Shown: positions 18,208-28,330, counted from the stretch's first letter. The stretch: DNA of 64,000 nt from Chloroflexota bacterium (GCA_034436555.1 DAOTUU010000035.1:36655-100654); one strand, 5' to 3'. A program made the numbers and translations. The notes: generated by a model not told the origin, from the letters alone.

Positions 18208-19860
18208 TCAGCGACGCGCGCCAGCCGGCGCCGAGAACCAGCGGCCCTCCGGCGACTGCGGCTCCGCCCCACCCTTCCAGATGGCGTACTCCAGGGAGTC
18301 CACGAGGGCGCCCGCGGATGCCGCGATGATGTTGCCCGCGGAACCCATCGTGGACCAGGTCCGCTCGCCCAGGGCAGAGTCGATGACCACCCTGGTTCGT
18401 GCAGCGGTGGCCGCCGTGGAGCCGTCCAGGATGCGCACCTTGTAGTCCACCAGATGCACGCCGTCGAGGCCCGGGTAGAACGCGCCCAGGGCCTTGCGCA
18501 GGGCCGCGTCCAGCGCGTTGACCGGACCGTTGCCGTCCGCGGCGGTGTGCAGCACCTGGCCACCCACCTCCACCTTGACGGTCGCCTCGGCCAGCAGGTC
18601 GCGACCCTCGCGCTGCTCGGAGAGCACCGTGAAGTCCACGATCCGGAACGGCGCGGCATAGTCGGGCGTGCGGCGCCGGATGAGCAGCTCGAAGCTGGCC
18701 TCGGCGCCCTCGAACGCGAGGCCCTGGGCCTCCAGCTCCTTGATGACCTGTGACAGCACGCGCGGGTCGACCACGCCGTCCAGTCGATGCCCCAGCTGCT
18801 CCGCGCGGATGCGCGTGTTCGCGCGGCCACCCAGCTCTGACACCACGAGGCGCGATTCGTTGCCCACGAGGCCCGGGTCCACGTGCTGGTAGGAGCGCTC
18901 CACCTTGGCCACCGCGGCACCGTGGACGCCACCCTTGTGGGCGAACGCGGAGCGACCGACGAAGGGCTGCCACTCGCTGGGGTCCACGTTGGCGATCTCC
19001 GCCACGCCGCGCGACAGGGAGGTCAGCCCCGCCAGGTCGCCGCCACCGACGGGCAGCAGCGGCAGCTCCGTCTTGAGCGCGAGGTTGGCGAGGATGCTCA
19101 CCATGTTCGCATTGCCGCAGCGCTCGCCGTATCCGTTGATGGTGGCCTGGACGTGGCGCACCCCCGCCTGGACCGCGGCGATGGAGTTGGCGACCGCGAG
19201 CTCGGCGTCGTTGTGGGTGTGGATGCCCCAGGTCACCGCGGGTGCGTCCTGGTCGCCCTCCAGGGCCGCGCGCGTCGCGGTCAGGATGCGCACCAGCTCG
19301 TCGGTGAGCGTGCCGCCGTTCGTGTCGCACAGCACGATCTGCCGGGCACCGGCCTGGCGCGCCGCACGCAGCGTGTCGAGGGCGTAGCCCGGGTCCGCCC
19401 GGTAGCCGTCGAAGTAGTGCTCCGCGTCGTAGACCGCCTCGCGGCCGCGGTCCGCGACGAATGCCACCGACTCCGCGATCATGTCCAGGTTCTCCTGGCG
19501 CGTGGCGCCCAGCACCTCCACGACGTGCAGCAGCCAGCTCTTGCCGAAGATCGTGACCACGGGGGTCTCCGCGGCCACCAGCTCTCGCAGGTTGGGGTCC
19601 GCCTCCGGCCGGTTCGCCCGGTGGCGCGTGGACCCGAACGCGGCCAGTCGCGCCGTCTGCCAGCGCATGCCCCGTGCAGCCGCGAAGAACTCGATGTCCT
19701 TGGGGTTCGACCCCGGCCAGCCGCCCTCGATGTAGGGCATGCCGTACTCGTCCAGCATCCGCGCGATGCGCAGCTTGTCGGCCAGCGACAGCGTGATGTT
19801 CTCGCCCTGGGTGCCGTCGCGCAGGGTGGTGTCGTACAGGATGACCGGGGCGTCGATCAT
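18208..19860 (-). CDS. cimA: (R)-citramalate synthase (LeuA-like family, CimA type)
   Basis: ORF 18208..19860 (-). N-terminus MIDAPVILYDTTLRDGTQGENITLSLADKLRIARMLDEYGMPYIEGGWPGSNPKDIEFF matches CimA-type rather than canonical LeuA. The subtype call rests on remembered similarity. Confidence 0.75.
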   Translation of the reverse strand: MIDAPVILYDTTLRDGTQGENITLSLADKLRIARMLDEYGMPYIEGGWPGSNPKDIEFFAAARGMRWQTARLAAFGSTRHRANRPEADPNLRELVAAETPVVTIFGKSWLLHVVEVLGATRQENLDMIAESVAFVADRGREAVYDAEHYFDGYRADPGYALDTLRAARQAGARQIVLCDTNGGTLTDELVRILTATRAALEGDQDAPAVTWGIHTHNDAELAVANSIAAVQAGVRHVQATINGYGERCGNANMVSILANLALKTELPLLPVGGGDLAGLTSLSRGVAEIANVDPSEWQPFVGRSAFAHKGGVHGAAVAKVERSYQHVDPGLVGNESRLVVSELGGRANTRIRAEQLGHRLDGVVDPRVLSQVIKELEAQGLAFEGAEASFELLIRRRTPDYAAPFRIVDFTVLSEQREGRDLLAEATVKVEVGGQVLHTAADGNGPVNALDAALRKALGAFYPGLDGVHLVDYKVRILDGSTAATAARTRVVIDSALGERTWSTMGSAGNIIAASAGALVDSLEYAIWKGGAEPQSPEGRWFSAPAGARR

Positions 19861-20969
19861 CGGCGGAGCCGCTCCACCACCGCGTCGCGGAACCCGTCCG
19901 TGCCCACGACCGTCTCGCCCGCGGCAGCCGGGTCGCGCGAGGCGAGGTCGCCGGTCCGGACGCCGTCCGCCAGGGCACCGCGCACGGCGCCTTCCAGCGC
20001 GTCCGCGACATCGCCCCGGCCGAAGGACCAGCGCAGCATCATCGCGGCGGACAGGATGGTGGCGGCGGGGTTCGCCGTGCCCTTGCCGGCCTTGCGGGGC
20101 GCGGAGCCGTGACCCGGCTCGTACACCCCGTGGGTGCCGAACGCGGTCCTGCGCTCGCCCAGGGACGCCGAGGGCAGCATGCCCAGAGAACCCGCCAGCA
20201 CCGAGGCCTCGTCCGACAGGATGTCCCCGAACATGTTCTCGGTGACCACCACGTCGAACTCGCCGGGCTGGGTGATGAGCTGCATCGCGCAGGAGTCGAC
20301 CAGGCGGTGGTCAAGGGCCACGTCCGGAAAGGCGGTCGCGACGTCCGTGACCGTGGCGCGCCACAGGCGCGACGACGCGAGGACGTTCGCCTTGTCGACG
20401 CTGGAGACCTTGCCCCGGCGACCGCGCGCGAGCTCGAACGCCAGGACCGCCACCCTGCGGATCTCGGTCTCCGTGTAGGTGAGCGTGTCGATGGCCGTCC
20501 GGCCGCCGGGGCCGTCGTGGGCCTCCTTCCGCTCGCCGAAATACAGGCCGCCCGTGAGCTCCCGCACGATCATCAGGTCCACGCCGCGGACCAGCTCCGG
20601 CCGCAGCGGGGACGCGTCGATGAGCGACGGCTCCGCCACGACCGGGCGCAGGTTCGCGAACAGGCCCAGGCCCTTGCGCAGCGCCAGGAGCCCCTGCTCG
20701 GGGCGGACGGTCGCTGCCGGGTCGTCCCATTTCGGCCCGCCCACGGCACCGAGGAGCACCGCGTCCGCGTCCGCGCAGGCCGCCAGGTCCTCGTCCCGCA
20801 GGGCGGTCCCGTACGCGTCGATGGCGACGCCGCCCATGAGGATCTCAGACCAGTCGACCGCGTAGCCGTACCGCGCGCCCGCGGCGTCCACGACGGACCG
20901 CGTGGCGCTCACGATCTCCGGTCCGATGCCGTCGCCGGGGATGGCGACGATCTTCCATGCATCGGTCAC
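19857..20969 (-). CDS. leuB: 3-isopropylmalate dehydrogenase
   Basis: ORF 19857..20969 (-). Isocitrate/isopropylmalate dehydrogenase family sequence. ATGA overlaps on both sides. Confidence 0.9.
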   Translation of the reverse strand: MTDAWKIVAIPGDGIGPEIVSATRSVVDAAGARYGYAVDWSEILMGGVAIDAYGTALRDEDLAACADADAVLLGAVGGPKWDDPAATVRPEQGLLALRKGLGLFANLRPVVAEPSLIDASPLRPELVRGVDLMIVRELTGGLYFGERKEAHDGPGGRTAIDTLTYTETEIRRVAVLAFELARGRRGKVSSVDKANVLASSRLWRATVTDVATAFPDVALDHRLVDSCAMQLITQPGEFDVVVTENMFGDILSDEASVLAGSLGMLPSASLGERRTAFGTHGVYEPGHGSAPRKAGKGTANPAATILSAAMMLRWSFGRGDVADALEGAVRGALADGVRTGDLASRDPAAAGETVVGTDGFRDAVVERLRR

Positions 20970-22594
20970 GGGGTGGTGACCTGGACGGGCGCCGCGACGG
21001 GCTCCTCCGCGAGGAGCTTCTCGAGCGCGTTCACATAGGCCTCCAGGGACGCCTCGATGATGTTCGTCGAGAGGCCGTGGCCGCTCACCGTCTCACCGGC
21101 GCCCTGCGTGTCGGTCGATCGCCGCGCCCGGACCAGCACCTGGCCCTGCGCATCCTCGCCGCCAGACACCGCCCGGATCTCGTAGTCCACGAGCTTGGGA
21201 TGCCAGCCGATGACCGGCTCGACCGCCGCATCCACCGCGCCGTACAGCGCGTCCACGGGACCGTTGCCGCTCTGCTCGGACGTCACGTCGCGACCCTGGA
21301 GGCGGAGCGCCACGTTGCCCTTGGACGTGCCGCCGTGGCTGCTCGTGACGCTCCAGCCCTCGAGGGCGACCGGTGCGTCCGGCAGTTCCACGGTGCCCGC
21401 GGCCTGCTGGCCCACGAGCGCCATCAGGTCCGCGTCGGTGACCTCCTTCTTGACGTCCGCGAGCGCGATCGCGGCCCGGTAGATGACATCGAGCGCCTCG
21501 CCCTCCACGCTGAAGCCCAGGTCCTTGAGCTTGCTCTGGAGGCCGCGCCGGCCCGACAGCTTGCCCACCGTCAGACGGGTCCCCGCGAGGCCCACCGACT
21601 GGGGGGTCATGATCTCGAAGTTGAGGGGGTTCTTGAGCATCCCGACCTGGTGGATGCCCGACTCGTGCGCGAACGCGTTGCGGCCCACGATCGCCTTGTT
21701 GGGCTGGACCGCGAACCCGGTGAGATAGCTCACCATGCGGCTGGTGGGCACGATGTGCTCGGTGACCACGCCCGTGGTGTGGCCGCCCAGCGCCCCGGAG
21801 CGCGTGGCCAGGGCCATCACGACCTCTTCGAGCGCGGCGTTGCCGGCCCGCTCGCCGATGCCGTTGATGGTCACCTCCACCTGGCGCGCGCCCGCCATGA
21901 TCGCGGCCAGCGTGTTGGACACCGCGAGGCCCAGGTCGTTGTGGCAGTGGACGCTGATGACCGCGTCTCGACCGACCAGGTCCACGGCGCGCTTGATGAG
22001 CGGCCCGAACTCGGTGGGGATGGCGTAGCCCACGGTATCGGGCAGGTTGACCGTGGTGGCGCCCGCCTCCACGACCGCCTCGACCACCTGCATCAGGTAG
22101 TCCGGGTCGCTGCGCGTGGCGTCCATGGCGCTGAACTCCAGCTCCGCGTCGCGGCCCAGCTGCTGGCGGCCGTAGCGGACCCACCGCACGGCCTCCGCCA
22201 GGGCGTCCTCGCGGGACATCCGGATCTGGTGCTGGAGGTGGATCTCGGACGTGGAGATGAACACGTGGAGGTGCGGCCGCTCCGCATCGCGCAGGGCTTC
22301 CACGGCCCGCTGGGGGTCGCCGTCGCGGCAGCGCGCCAGACCGGCCACCGCCACGCCCCTTGTCTCCTTCGCGATGCGGTTGACCGCCTCCCAGTCGCCC
22401 GGGGACGCCGCCGGGAAGCCTGCCTCGATGACGTCCACGTTGAGCCGGACGAGCTGGCGCGCGACCTCCAGCTTCTCCGGGATCGTGAGCGACGCACCGG
22501 GCGCCTGCTCACCGTCCCGCAGCGTGGTGTCGAAGATGCGGATGCTGCCCTTGGCCCCCGCCGAGCGGGGGCCGGCTACGTCGGCCGTGCTCAT
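20966..22594 (-). CDS. leuA: 2-isopropylmalate synthase
   Basis: ORF 20966..22777 (-). Start at Met62 ([30 protein letters not shown]) with GGGAGGA RBS. HMGL-like TIM barrel plus LeuA dimerisation domain. Confidence 0.85.
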   Translation of the reverse strand: MSTADVAGPRSAGAKGSIRIFDTTLRDGEQAPGASLTIPEKLEVARQLVRLNVDVIEAGFPAASPGDWEAVNRIAKETRGVAVAGLARCRDGDPQRAVEALRDAERPHLHVFISTSEIHLQHQIRMSREDALAEAVRWVRYGRQQLGRDAELEFSAMDATRSDPDYLMQVVEAVVEAGATTVNLPDTVGYAIPTEFGPLIKRAVDLVGRDAVISVHCHNDLGLAVSNTLAAIMAGARQVEVTINGIGERAGNAALEEVVMALATRSGALGGHTTGVVTEHIVPTSRMVSYLTGFAVQPNKAIVGRNAFAHESGIHQVGMLKNPLNFEIMTPQSVGLAGTRLTVGKLSGRRGLQSKLKDLGFSVEGEALDVIYRAAIALADVKKEVTDADLMALVGQQAAGTVELPDAPVALEGWSVTSSHGGTSKGNVALRLQGRDVTSEQSGNGPVDALYGAVDAAVEPVIGWHPKLVDYEIRAVSGGEDAQGQVLVRARRSTDTQGAGETVSGHGLSTNIIEASLEAYVNALEKLLAEEPVAAPVQVTTP

Positions 22595-23646
22595 CGCTGT
22601 CCTCCCGCCGCCGAACCCTCGGCGGATGCCTGCGCCTGCCCGGCCTTGACCTCGACCGGGTTGAGGAACGCCATCTGGCCGCGCAGCTGCGCGCCGACCT
22701 GCTCGATCTGGTGTCCCCGGTCCTGGTCCCGGAGTCGCCGGAAGCCATCGCCGCCGCCATCCATCTCGGCGATCCACTGGGCCGCGAACTGGCCGGTCTG
22801 GATGTCCGTGAGCACGTCCTTCATGGCTGCCTTGGCGCCCTCGGTGACGCGCGGGCCGGAGACGTAGTCGCCGTACTCCGCGGTGTCGCTGACGCTGAAG
22901 CGCATGAAGTTGAGACCGCCCCGATACATCAGGTCGACGATAAGCTTGAGCTCATGCATCGTCTCGAAGTACGCCAGCTCCGGCTGGTAGCCCGCCTCGA
23001 CGAGCGTCTCGAAGGCCGCCTTGATGAGCGCCGAGACGCCGCCGCACAGGAGCGCCTGCTCGCCGAACAGGTCGGTCTCGGTCTCCTCCGCGAACGTGGT
23101 CTCGAGGATGCCCGCGCGCGTGGAGCCGATGCCCCGCGCGTACGCCATGACGCGCGCCCGGGCGGTGCCGCTGGGGTCCTGCTCCACCGCGAACAGGGCG
23201 GGCACGCCGCCGCCCGCGACGTACACCGAGCGGAGCAGATGACCGGGCCCCTTGGGCGCGACCATGCCCACGTCCACGGTGGCGGGGGGCACGATGCGCC
23301 CGAACCGGATGTTGAAGCCGTGAGCGAACATCAGCAGCTGTCCGGGCCGCAGGTTCGGCGCGATCTCCGCGTCATAGACCGCCTTCTGGACGGTGTCCGG
23401 CACCGCGACCATGATCACGTCCGCCGCCTTCACGGCGTCCGCCACGTCCGCGACCCGGATGCCCGCGGCCTCCGCATGCGCGCGACTCTTGCTGCCGGGC
23501 GCCAGGCCCACGACCACGTCGACGCCCGACTCGTGGAGGTTCTGCGCGTGCGCGTGGCCCTGGGAGCCGTAGCCGATGACCGCGACGGTCTGGCCGGCGA
23601 GCGCCGACGGGTCGGTGTCGGCGTCGTAGTACATCTTGGCGGGCAT
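22591..23646 (-). CDS. ilvC: Ketol-acid reductoisomerase
   Basis: ORF 22591..23646 (-). NADPH-binding motif [13 protein letters not shown] and class I KARI sequence. Confidence 0.95.
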   Translation of the reverse strand: MPAKMYYDADTDPSALAGQTVAVIGYGSQGHAHAQNLHESGVDVVVGLAPGSKSRAHAEAAGIRVADVADAVKAADVIMVAVPDTVQKAVYDAEIAPNLRPGQLLMFAHGFNIRFGRIVPPATVDVGMVAPKGPGHLLRSVYVAGGGVPALFAVEQDPSGTARARVMAYARGIGSTRAGILETTFAEETETDLFGEQALLCGGVSALIKAAFETLVEAGYQPELAYFETMHELKLIVDLMYRGGLNFMRFSVSDTAEYGDYVSGPRVTEGAKAAMKDVLTDIQTGQFAAQWIAEMDGGGDGFRRLRDQDRGHQIEQVGAQLRGQMAFLNPVEVKAGQAQASAEGSAAGGQR

Positions 23647-24299
23647 CAGCGGGATTCCTCCTGGGAGTTGGCCTGGACCTGGGTGGTGACGGGTGCGACC
23701 GGCACGCTGCCGGACCGCAGGATGCTCTCGATGTCGACGACGCCCGAGCCGCGCGACATGGCCACGGATCCCGTGCGCACCATCTCGCGGATCCCGAAGC
23801 CGCCCAGCAGCGCGACCAGGGAGTCGATCTCCTGGACCGTGCCGCTGTGCTCGACGATGACCGTGTCGCTGCCGATGTCCAGGACGCGGCCCTTGTAGAG
23901 CTCGACGACCTTGAGCACCTCCGCCCGGACGGCGGCGGAGGCCCGCACCTTGATGAGCGCCAGCTCATGCTCCACGACCCCCTCGGCAGGGAGGTCCTGG
24001 ACCTTGAGCACGTCGATGAGCCGGTACAGCTGCTTGGCCATCTGCTCCACGGCGAAGTCGTCCCCGCGGAGCGTGATGGTCATCCGGCTGATGCCCGGCC
24101 GCTCGGTGTGTCCGACGGCGAGCGACTCGATGTTGAAGTTGCGCGCGCGGGTCAGGCTCGCGACCCGGTTGAGGACGCCGGGGCGGTCGTTGACCAGCAC
24201 CACGATGGTATGCCGATGCTGCTGTCCCGTGCCGGGGACGTAGCGCTCGATGGTCGCGGACGGCGCCGCCAGGGGATCGTTCATGGCCGCCATGATCAA
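23646..24299 (-). CDS. ilvN: Acetolactate synthase small (regulatory) subunit
   Basis: ORF 23646..24299 (-). ACT domain plus C-terminal domain typical of IlvN/IlvH. Start overlaps the ilvB stop. Confidence 0.9.
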   Translation of the reverse strand: MIMAAMNDPLAAPSATIERYVPGTGQQHRHTIVVLVNDRPGVLNRVASLTRARNFNIESLAVGHTERPGISRMTITLRGDDFAVEQMAKQLYRLIDVLKVQDLPAEGVVEHELALIKVRASAAVRAEVLKVVELYKGRVLDIGSDTVIVEHSGTVQEIDSLVALLGGFGIREMVRTGSVAMSRGSGVVDIESILRSGSVPVAPVTTQVQANSQEESR

Positions 24300-26149
24300 G
24301 CCTCCTCGTCCGGCTGCTGCTCCTCGATGAGGTCGGACAGGCCCTTGCCCGCAGGCATCATCGGGAACACGTTCTGGGTCTCAGCGATCTCGAACCAGAC
24401 CATCGCGGGGCCATCGTGAGCCTGGGCGGCGCGGATCGCCGGGTCCACCTCGGCCGGGGTGCGCGCCCGGAAGCAGGGCAGCCCGTAGGCTTCTGCCAGC
24501 TTCGCCCAGTCCGGTCCGGGCAGGTGCGAGGAGTGGAAGTTGCCGCCGTACACGATCTCCTGCCACTGGCGGATCATGCCCAGCTTCTTGTTGTCCATGA
24601 GGGCGACCTTCACGGGGATGCCGTCCGCCACGCAGGTCATCAGCTCCTGGCTGACCATCTGGAGGCCGCCGTCCCCGGCCACCGCCCAGGCCTCCTTGTC
24701 GGGCCGGCCCAGCGCGGCGCCCATGGCCGCGGGGAGCGCGAAGCCCATCGTGCCCAGGCCGCCGCTCGAGAGGTGCGAGTCGGGTCGCCGGAACCCCGCG
24801 TAGCGCGCCACCCACATCTGGTTCTGGCCCACGTCCGCGACCAGGTTGGCGTCGTGGTCGGTCAGCTCGCCCAGGCGCGCCATCACGTAGTCGGCGGACA
24901 GGAGGCCGTCCCGCCAGGCACCAGAGCCGTGCCAGCTGGCGCTCTCGGACGCCGTGCGCCACTCGGCGAGCTGCGCGCGGTAATCGGCCCGCTCGGCCGG
25001 TTCGCGCTGGCGCATCAGCGGCGTCAGGGCGCGCAGGACGCGCTTGACGTCACCCACGATGGGCACGTCCACCGCGACGTTCTTGCCGATCTCGGACGGG
25101 TCGATGTCGACATGGACGATGCGGGCCTGGGGCGCGAACGTGGAGACCTTGCCGGTGACCCGGTCGTCGAAGCGCATGCCCAGGGCGATCAGCAGGTCGG
25201 CCGACTGGATCGCCCGGTTCACGTGCTTCCAGCCGTGCATCCCCAGGTAGCCATAGGACAGCGGGTGCTGCTCGTCCATGGCGCCCACGCCCAGGAGCGT
25301 GTGGGCGACCGGGATCTGGGTCCGTTCGGCGAATGCGGCGAGCTCCGCCACGGCGTCGCCCAGCAGGATGCCATGGCCCGCGATGATGATCGGGCGCTGC
25401 GCCGCCTCGATCTCCGCCGCGGCGACCCGGATCTGGCGGGGGTGCCCGTCGAAGGTGGGCTTGAAGCCCGGCAGGTCGATGGAGTCCGGGTGGCCTGCGC
25501 GCGTCTCGGAGGTGAGCGCGTCCTTCGTGATGTCCACGTGGACGGGACCCGGACGTCCGGTCTGGGCGATGTGGAACGCCTCCGCGATCACGCGCGGGAT
25601 GTCGTCGGCGCTGCGCACCAGGAAGTTGTGCTTGGTCATCGGCAGCGTGATGCCGGTGATGTCGATCTCCTGGAAGGCGTCCTTGCCGATGAGCGCTCCG
25701 GGCACGTTGCCGGTGATGGCGACCATGGGGATGCTGTCCAGCTGCGCGGTGGCGATGCCGGTGACCAGGTTCGTGGCGCCCGGACCGCTCGTGCCCAGGC
25801 ACACGCCGACCCGTCGGCTGGCGCGCGCGTAGCCGTCGGCGGCGTGTGCGGCACCCTGCTCGTGACGCACCAGGACGTGACGGATCTGGGGGTAGTCCTG
25901 CCACAGGTCGTAGAGCGGCAGGATGACCCCGCCGGGGTAGCCGAAGATCGTGTCGACGCCCTGGCGGATGAGCGCCTCGCACAGGGCGTCCGCACCGATG
26001 CGCGTGCGGTTGCGCGGCCGCGCGTCGGACAGCATCGCGGTGCGGGCGCGCTCGATCTCCGCGGCCGCCTCCGTGCCTGCGTTCGGGACGTGGCGCCCGA
26101 CGCCGGTCGCGGGCGCCCGCCCGGACCTGGGTTGCTGCTCGGTGGTCAT
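24296..26149 (-). CDS. ilvB: Acetolactate synthase large subunit
   Basis: ORF 24296..26224 (-). TPP-enzyme motifs GDGG and GYPGGVILPLYD. Start set at MTTEQQ (26149), because the upstream 25 codons run through a terminator hairpin. Confidence 0.9.
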   Translation of the reverse strand: MTTEQQPRSGRAPATGVGRHVPNAGTEAAAEIERARTAMLSDARPRNRTRIGADALCEALIRQGVDTIFGYPGGVILPLYDLWQDYPQIRHVLVRHEQGAAHAADGYARASRRVGVCLGTSGPGATNLVTGIATAQLDSIPMVAITGNVPGALIGKDAFQEIDITGITLPMTKHNFLVRSADDIPRVIAEAFHIAQTGRPGPVHVDITKDALTSETRAGHPDSIDLPGFKPTFDGHPRQIRVAAAEIEAAQRPIIIAGHGILLGDAVAELAAFAERTQIPVAHTLLGVGAMDEQHPLSYGYLGMHGWKHVNRAIQSADLLIALGMRFDDRVTGKVSTFAPQARIVHVDIDPSEIGKNVAVDVPIVGDVKRVLRALTPLMRQREPAERADYRAQLAEWRTASESASWHGSGAWRDGLLSADYVMARLGELTDHDANLVADVGQNQMWVARYAGFRRPDSHLSSGGLGTMGFALPAAMGAALGRPDKEAWAVAGDGGLQMVSQELMTCVADGIPVKVALMDNKKLGMIRQWQEIVYGGNFHSSHLPGPDWAKLAEAYGLPCFRARTPAEVDPAIRAAQAHDGPAMVWFEIAETQNVFPMMPAGKGLSDLIEEQQPDEEA

Positions 26150-26200
26150 CGTTCCCTCTCTGGTGTCGTCGCTGCCGTGGTTGGTGCTCGTCGGGGTGAG

Positions 26201-26237
26201 GGACAAACAAAAGACCCTCGCCATCCCGGCGAGGGTC
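26201..26237 (-). terminator. Rho-independent terminator-like hairpin (10-bp GC stem GACCCTCGCC/GGCGAGGGTC, 5-nt loop) followed on the minus strand by UUUUGUUUGU, about 50 nt upstream of the ilvB start. Candidate leader attenuator.
   Basis: Direct reading. Orientation and position match classic ilvB leader attenuators. Confidence 0.5.
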
Positions 26238-26639
26238 CGCTGGTGGTTCGCGGTGTCGGGTCCGCGCTCGCGGCGCGCCCTACCTCCGCCTTCCGCCAGA
26301 CTCCCGCCGGGAGCCGGTGAGAAGGGCGAGAAGCCCGAGCGCTACGAGCTCGAGCTTCGCCAGGATGGATACCTCGGCCGGATCGGGCAGGCGAACGGGC
26401 ACGCGAGAACCGTCAGCGCGGATGGCGATGGCGGCGAGCTTGCGGTTCCGATCGGTCTGGCCCATTGGCCGAGAGCGCTCCTTCCTGATGGAGGTGTGCG
26501 GCGACTGTACACGACTCTCCGCCTGCGTGTCCAGCATGGACGGGGGTCCCTGCTGGCTCCGACGATGGTCAGGGTGGGTGCGGTGGGGTTCGGTTCGGAG
26601 GGTTGGGTTCCCGCGACGGGTGCCCGCGATGGCCGCTGC

Positions 26640-27065
26640 CACCGGCGGGCGGCCGTGGTCGACATGTCGGCCGGGGGCGGGGTGCGGCGCGGGCGGCGGC
26701 ACTCCCACGCCCGGCCCCGGCGGCCCAGACCCGGCGTCGGCGGCACTGGTCGGGGGCGGCCGACCCGGCCGCGGCCGTGGTCGACATGTCGACCGGGGGC
26801 GGGGTGCGGCGCGGTCCCGACGCCCGGCGACGCCCGCCACCGGCGGCACTGGTCGACATGTCGACCGCGAGCGGGTGCCCGGGATGCACCTTCCGCCATC
26901 AGGCCGGGTGTCGGTCGGCATGTCGACCGGGAGCGGGGTGCGGCGCGGCCCCGACCCGGCGTCGGGCATCTGCCACCGGCGGCCCTGGTCGACATGTCGG
27001 CCGGGAGCGGTACCCGGGATGCACCTTCCGCCATCAGGCCGGGTGTCGGTCGACATGTCGACCGT
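26640..27065. repeat. GC-rich tandem repeat block with 6 copies of the 14-bp palindrome GTCGACATGTCG(A/G)C. Includes a 135-bp higher-order unit x2 (26780-26913 and 26914-27048) plus a related 122-bp copy.
   Basis: Palindrome copies at 26658, 26780, 26852, 26914, 26988 and 27049. Two alternating spacer types, A (CGGGRGCGGGGTGCGGCGCGG...) and B (...GGGATGCACCTTCCGCCATCAGGCCGGGTGTCG). Confidence 0.85.
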
Positions 27066-27102
27066 CCCGCCCCCCACCTATCCACATCCGGTGAAGTCCG
27101 AG

Positions 27103-27894
27103 ATGAGTGCCACCGTGCACGATCGACGGATGCCTGCGATCACACAAGCACGGACCCGACCCGCACGCGCGGGCGCACGCCTCGGCCGCGATCTGCGGTA
27201 TGACGTCGGACGCGAGATCCGCCGGATGCGGATGGACGCCGGACTCTCTGCTCGCGCCGTGGCACAGGCGGCTGGGATCAGCCACTCCACGCTGCTCGCC
27301 CTCGAGGCAGGGACCTTCGACCCGACCGTCGAGGTAGTCGCGCGCGTGAGCTCGGTGCTCGGATGCCGGGTCGGACTCCGTCTCCACCCGGGCGCGGGTC
27401 CGGCGCTCCGCGATCACCTCCAGACTGCGATGGTCCAGGGATTCCTGCCGGACGTCGGAGCGGGATGGCATCGATCCTTGGAGGTCCCAGTCTTCCGACC
27501 GATCCGCGGCTACATCGATCTCGCCCTGGAGCGCGGTGCCGACCCGATCGGAGTGGCGGTGGAGTCGCACTCCATCCTCGAGCGTGCCGAGCAGACGCTG
27601 CGCTGGATCCATGCGAAGTCCGATGCGCTCGAGACGCGGCTGGCGGAGGATGGCCGCCCCATGCCCGTCTCCCGCATCCTCCTGTTGCGCTCCACACGCC
27701 AGAACCGGGAGGCCGTGACACTGGCGCATGACCTGTTCGCGCAGGCGTTCCCTGCTGGAATGGCAGATGCCCTGGCCGCACTCCGTGACCCGGACAGACC
27801 ATGGCCGGGGGCGGCCATCATCTGGATGGATGTGACGGGCGGCGTCGCGCGCGTGCTCAAGCACCCTCCCCCGGGGATCCGCCTCGGACGATGA
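27103..27894 (+). CDS. XRE-family HTH transcriptional regulator with a roughly 190-aa C-terminal domain of unknown function
   Basis: Internal ATG of ORF 26317..27894. HTH_XRE motif [30 protein letters not shown]. Codon usage is noticeably less GC3-biased than neighbouring genes. The last about 17 codons plus stop lie inside a repeat unit. Confidence 0.7.
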   Translation: MSATVHDRRMPAITQARTRPARAGARLGRDLRYDVGREIRRMRMDAGLSARAVAQAAGISHSTLLALEAGTFDPTVEVVARVSSVLGCRVGLRLHPGAGPALRDHLQTAMVQGFLPDVGAGWHRSLEVPVFRPIRGYIDLALERGADPIGVAVESHSILERAEQTLRWIHAKSDALETRLAEDGRPMPVSRILLLRSTRQNREAVTLAHDLFAQAFPAGMADALAALRDPDRPWPGAAIIWMDVTGGVARVLKHPPPGIRLGR

Positions 27895-28330
27895 CGGTTC
27901 GCCGGGGGCCACAGACCCCGGGGGGCGCCGCGGGGCCGGGCGCCGGTCGACATGTCGGCCGCCGGCGGGGGCGGCGGGGCCGCAGACCCCGGGGGGCGCC
28001 GCGGGGCCGCGCCGGTCGACATGTCGGCCGCGGACGGGGGAGGCGGGGCCGCAGACCCCGGGGGGCGCCGCGGGGACGGGCGCCGGTCGACATGTCGGCC
28101 ACCGGCGGGGGCGTCGCGCGCGTGCTCAAGCACCCTCCCCCGGGGATCCGCCTCGGCCGATGACGGTTGCCGGGCGCCGCGGGGCCGGGCGCCGGTCGAC
28201 ATGTCGGCCGCGGGCGGGGCGTCGCGCGCGTGCTCAAGCACCCTCCCCCGGGGATCCGCCTCGGCCGATGACGGTTCGCCGGGAGCCGCAGACCCCGGGG
28301 GGGGGGCGACGGGCCCGCCGCGGACCACCC
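27841..28330. repeat. Second GC-rich tandem repeat block. 4 more copies of GTCGACATGTCGGC sit in roughly 70-bp units. A 58-65-bp unit carrying the XRE gene 3' end (GCGTCGCGCGCGTGCTCAAGCACCCTCCCCCGGGGATCCGCCTCGGMCGATGACGGTT) is triplicated.
   Basis: Palindromes at 27946, 28015, 28086 and 28195. The 3'-end unit lies at 27841-27905, 28110-28175 and 28218-28285. Confidence 0.85.

Noticed and set aside
26150-26224. Extra 25 N-terminal codons of ilvB (MARVFCLSLTPTSTNHGSDDTREGT)
   Set aside because: This ATG lies in the loop of the leader terminator hairpin, and the codons read through the U-tract. MTTEQQ, with a plausible RBS, is the better start. The residual possibility of in-frame leader translation is noted.
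26640-28330. Possible CRISPR array (regularly recurring roughly 14-35-bp repeats with intervening sequence)
   Set aside because: The intervening 'spacers' are themselves repeated in alternating A/B types. Repeat spacing is irregular (61-122 bp). The repeats are strongly palindromic and GC-rich minisatellite-like. No cas genes occur anywhere in the window.
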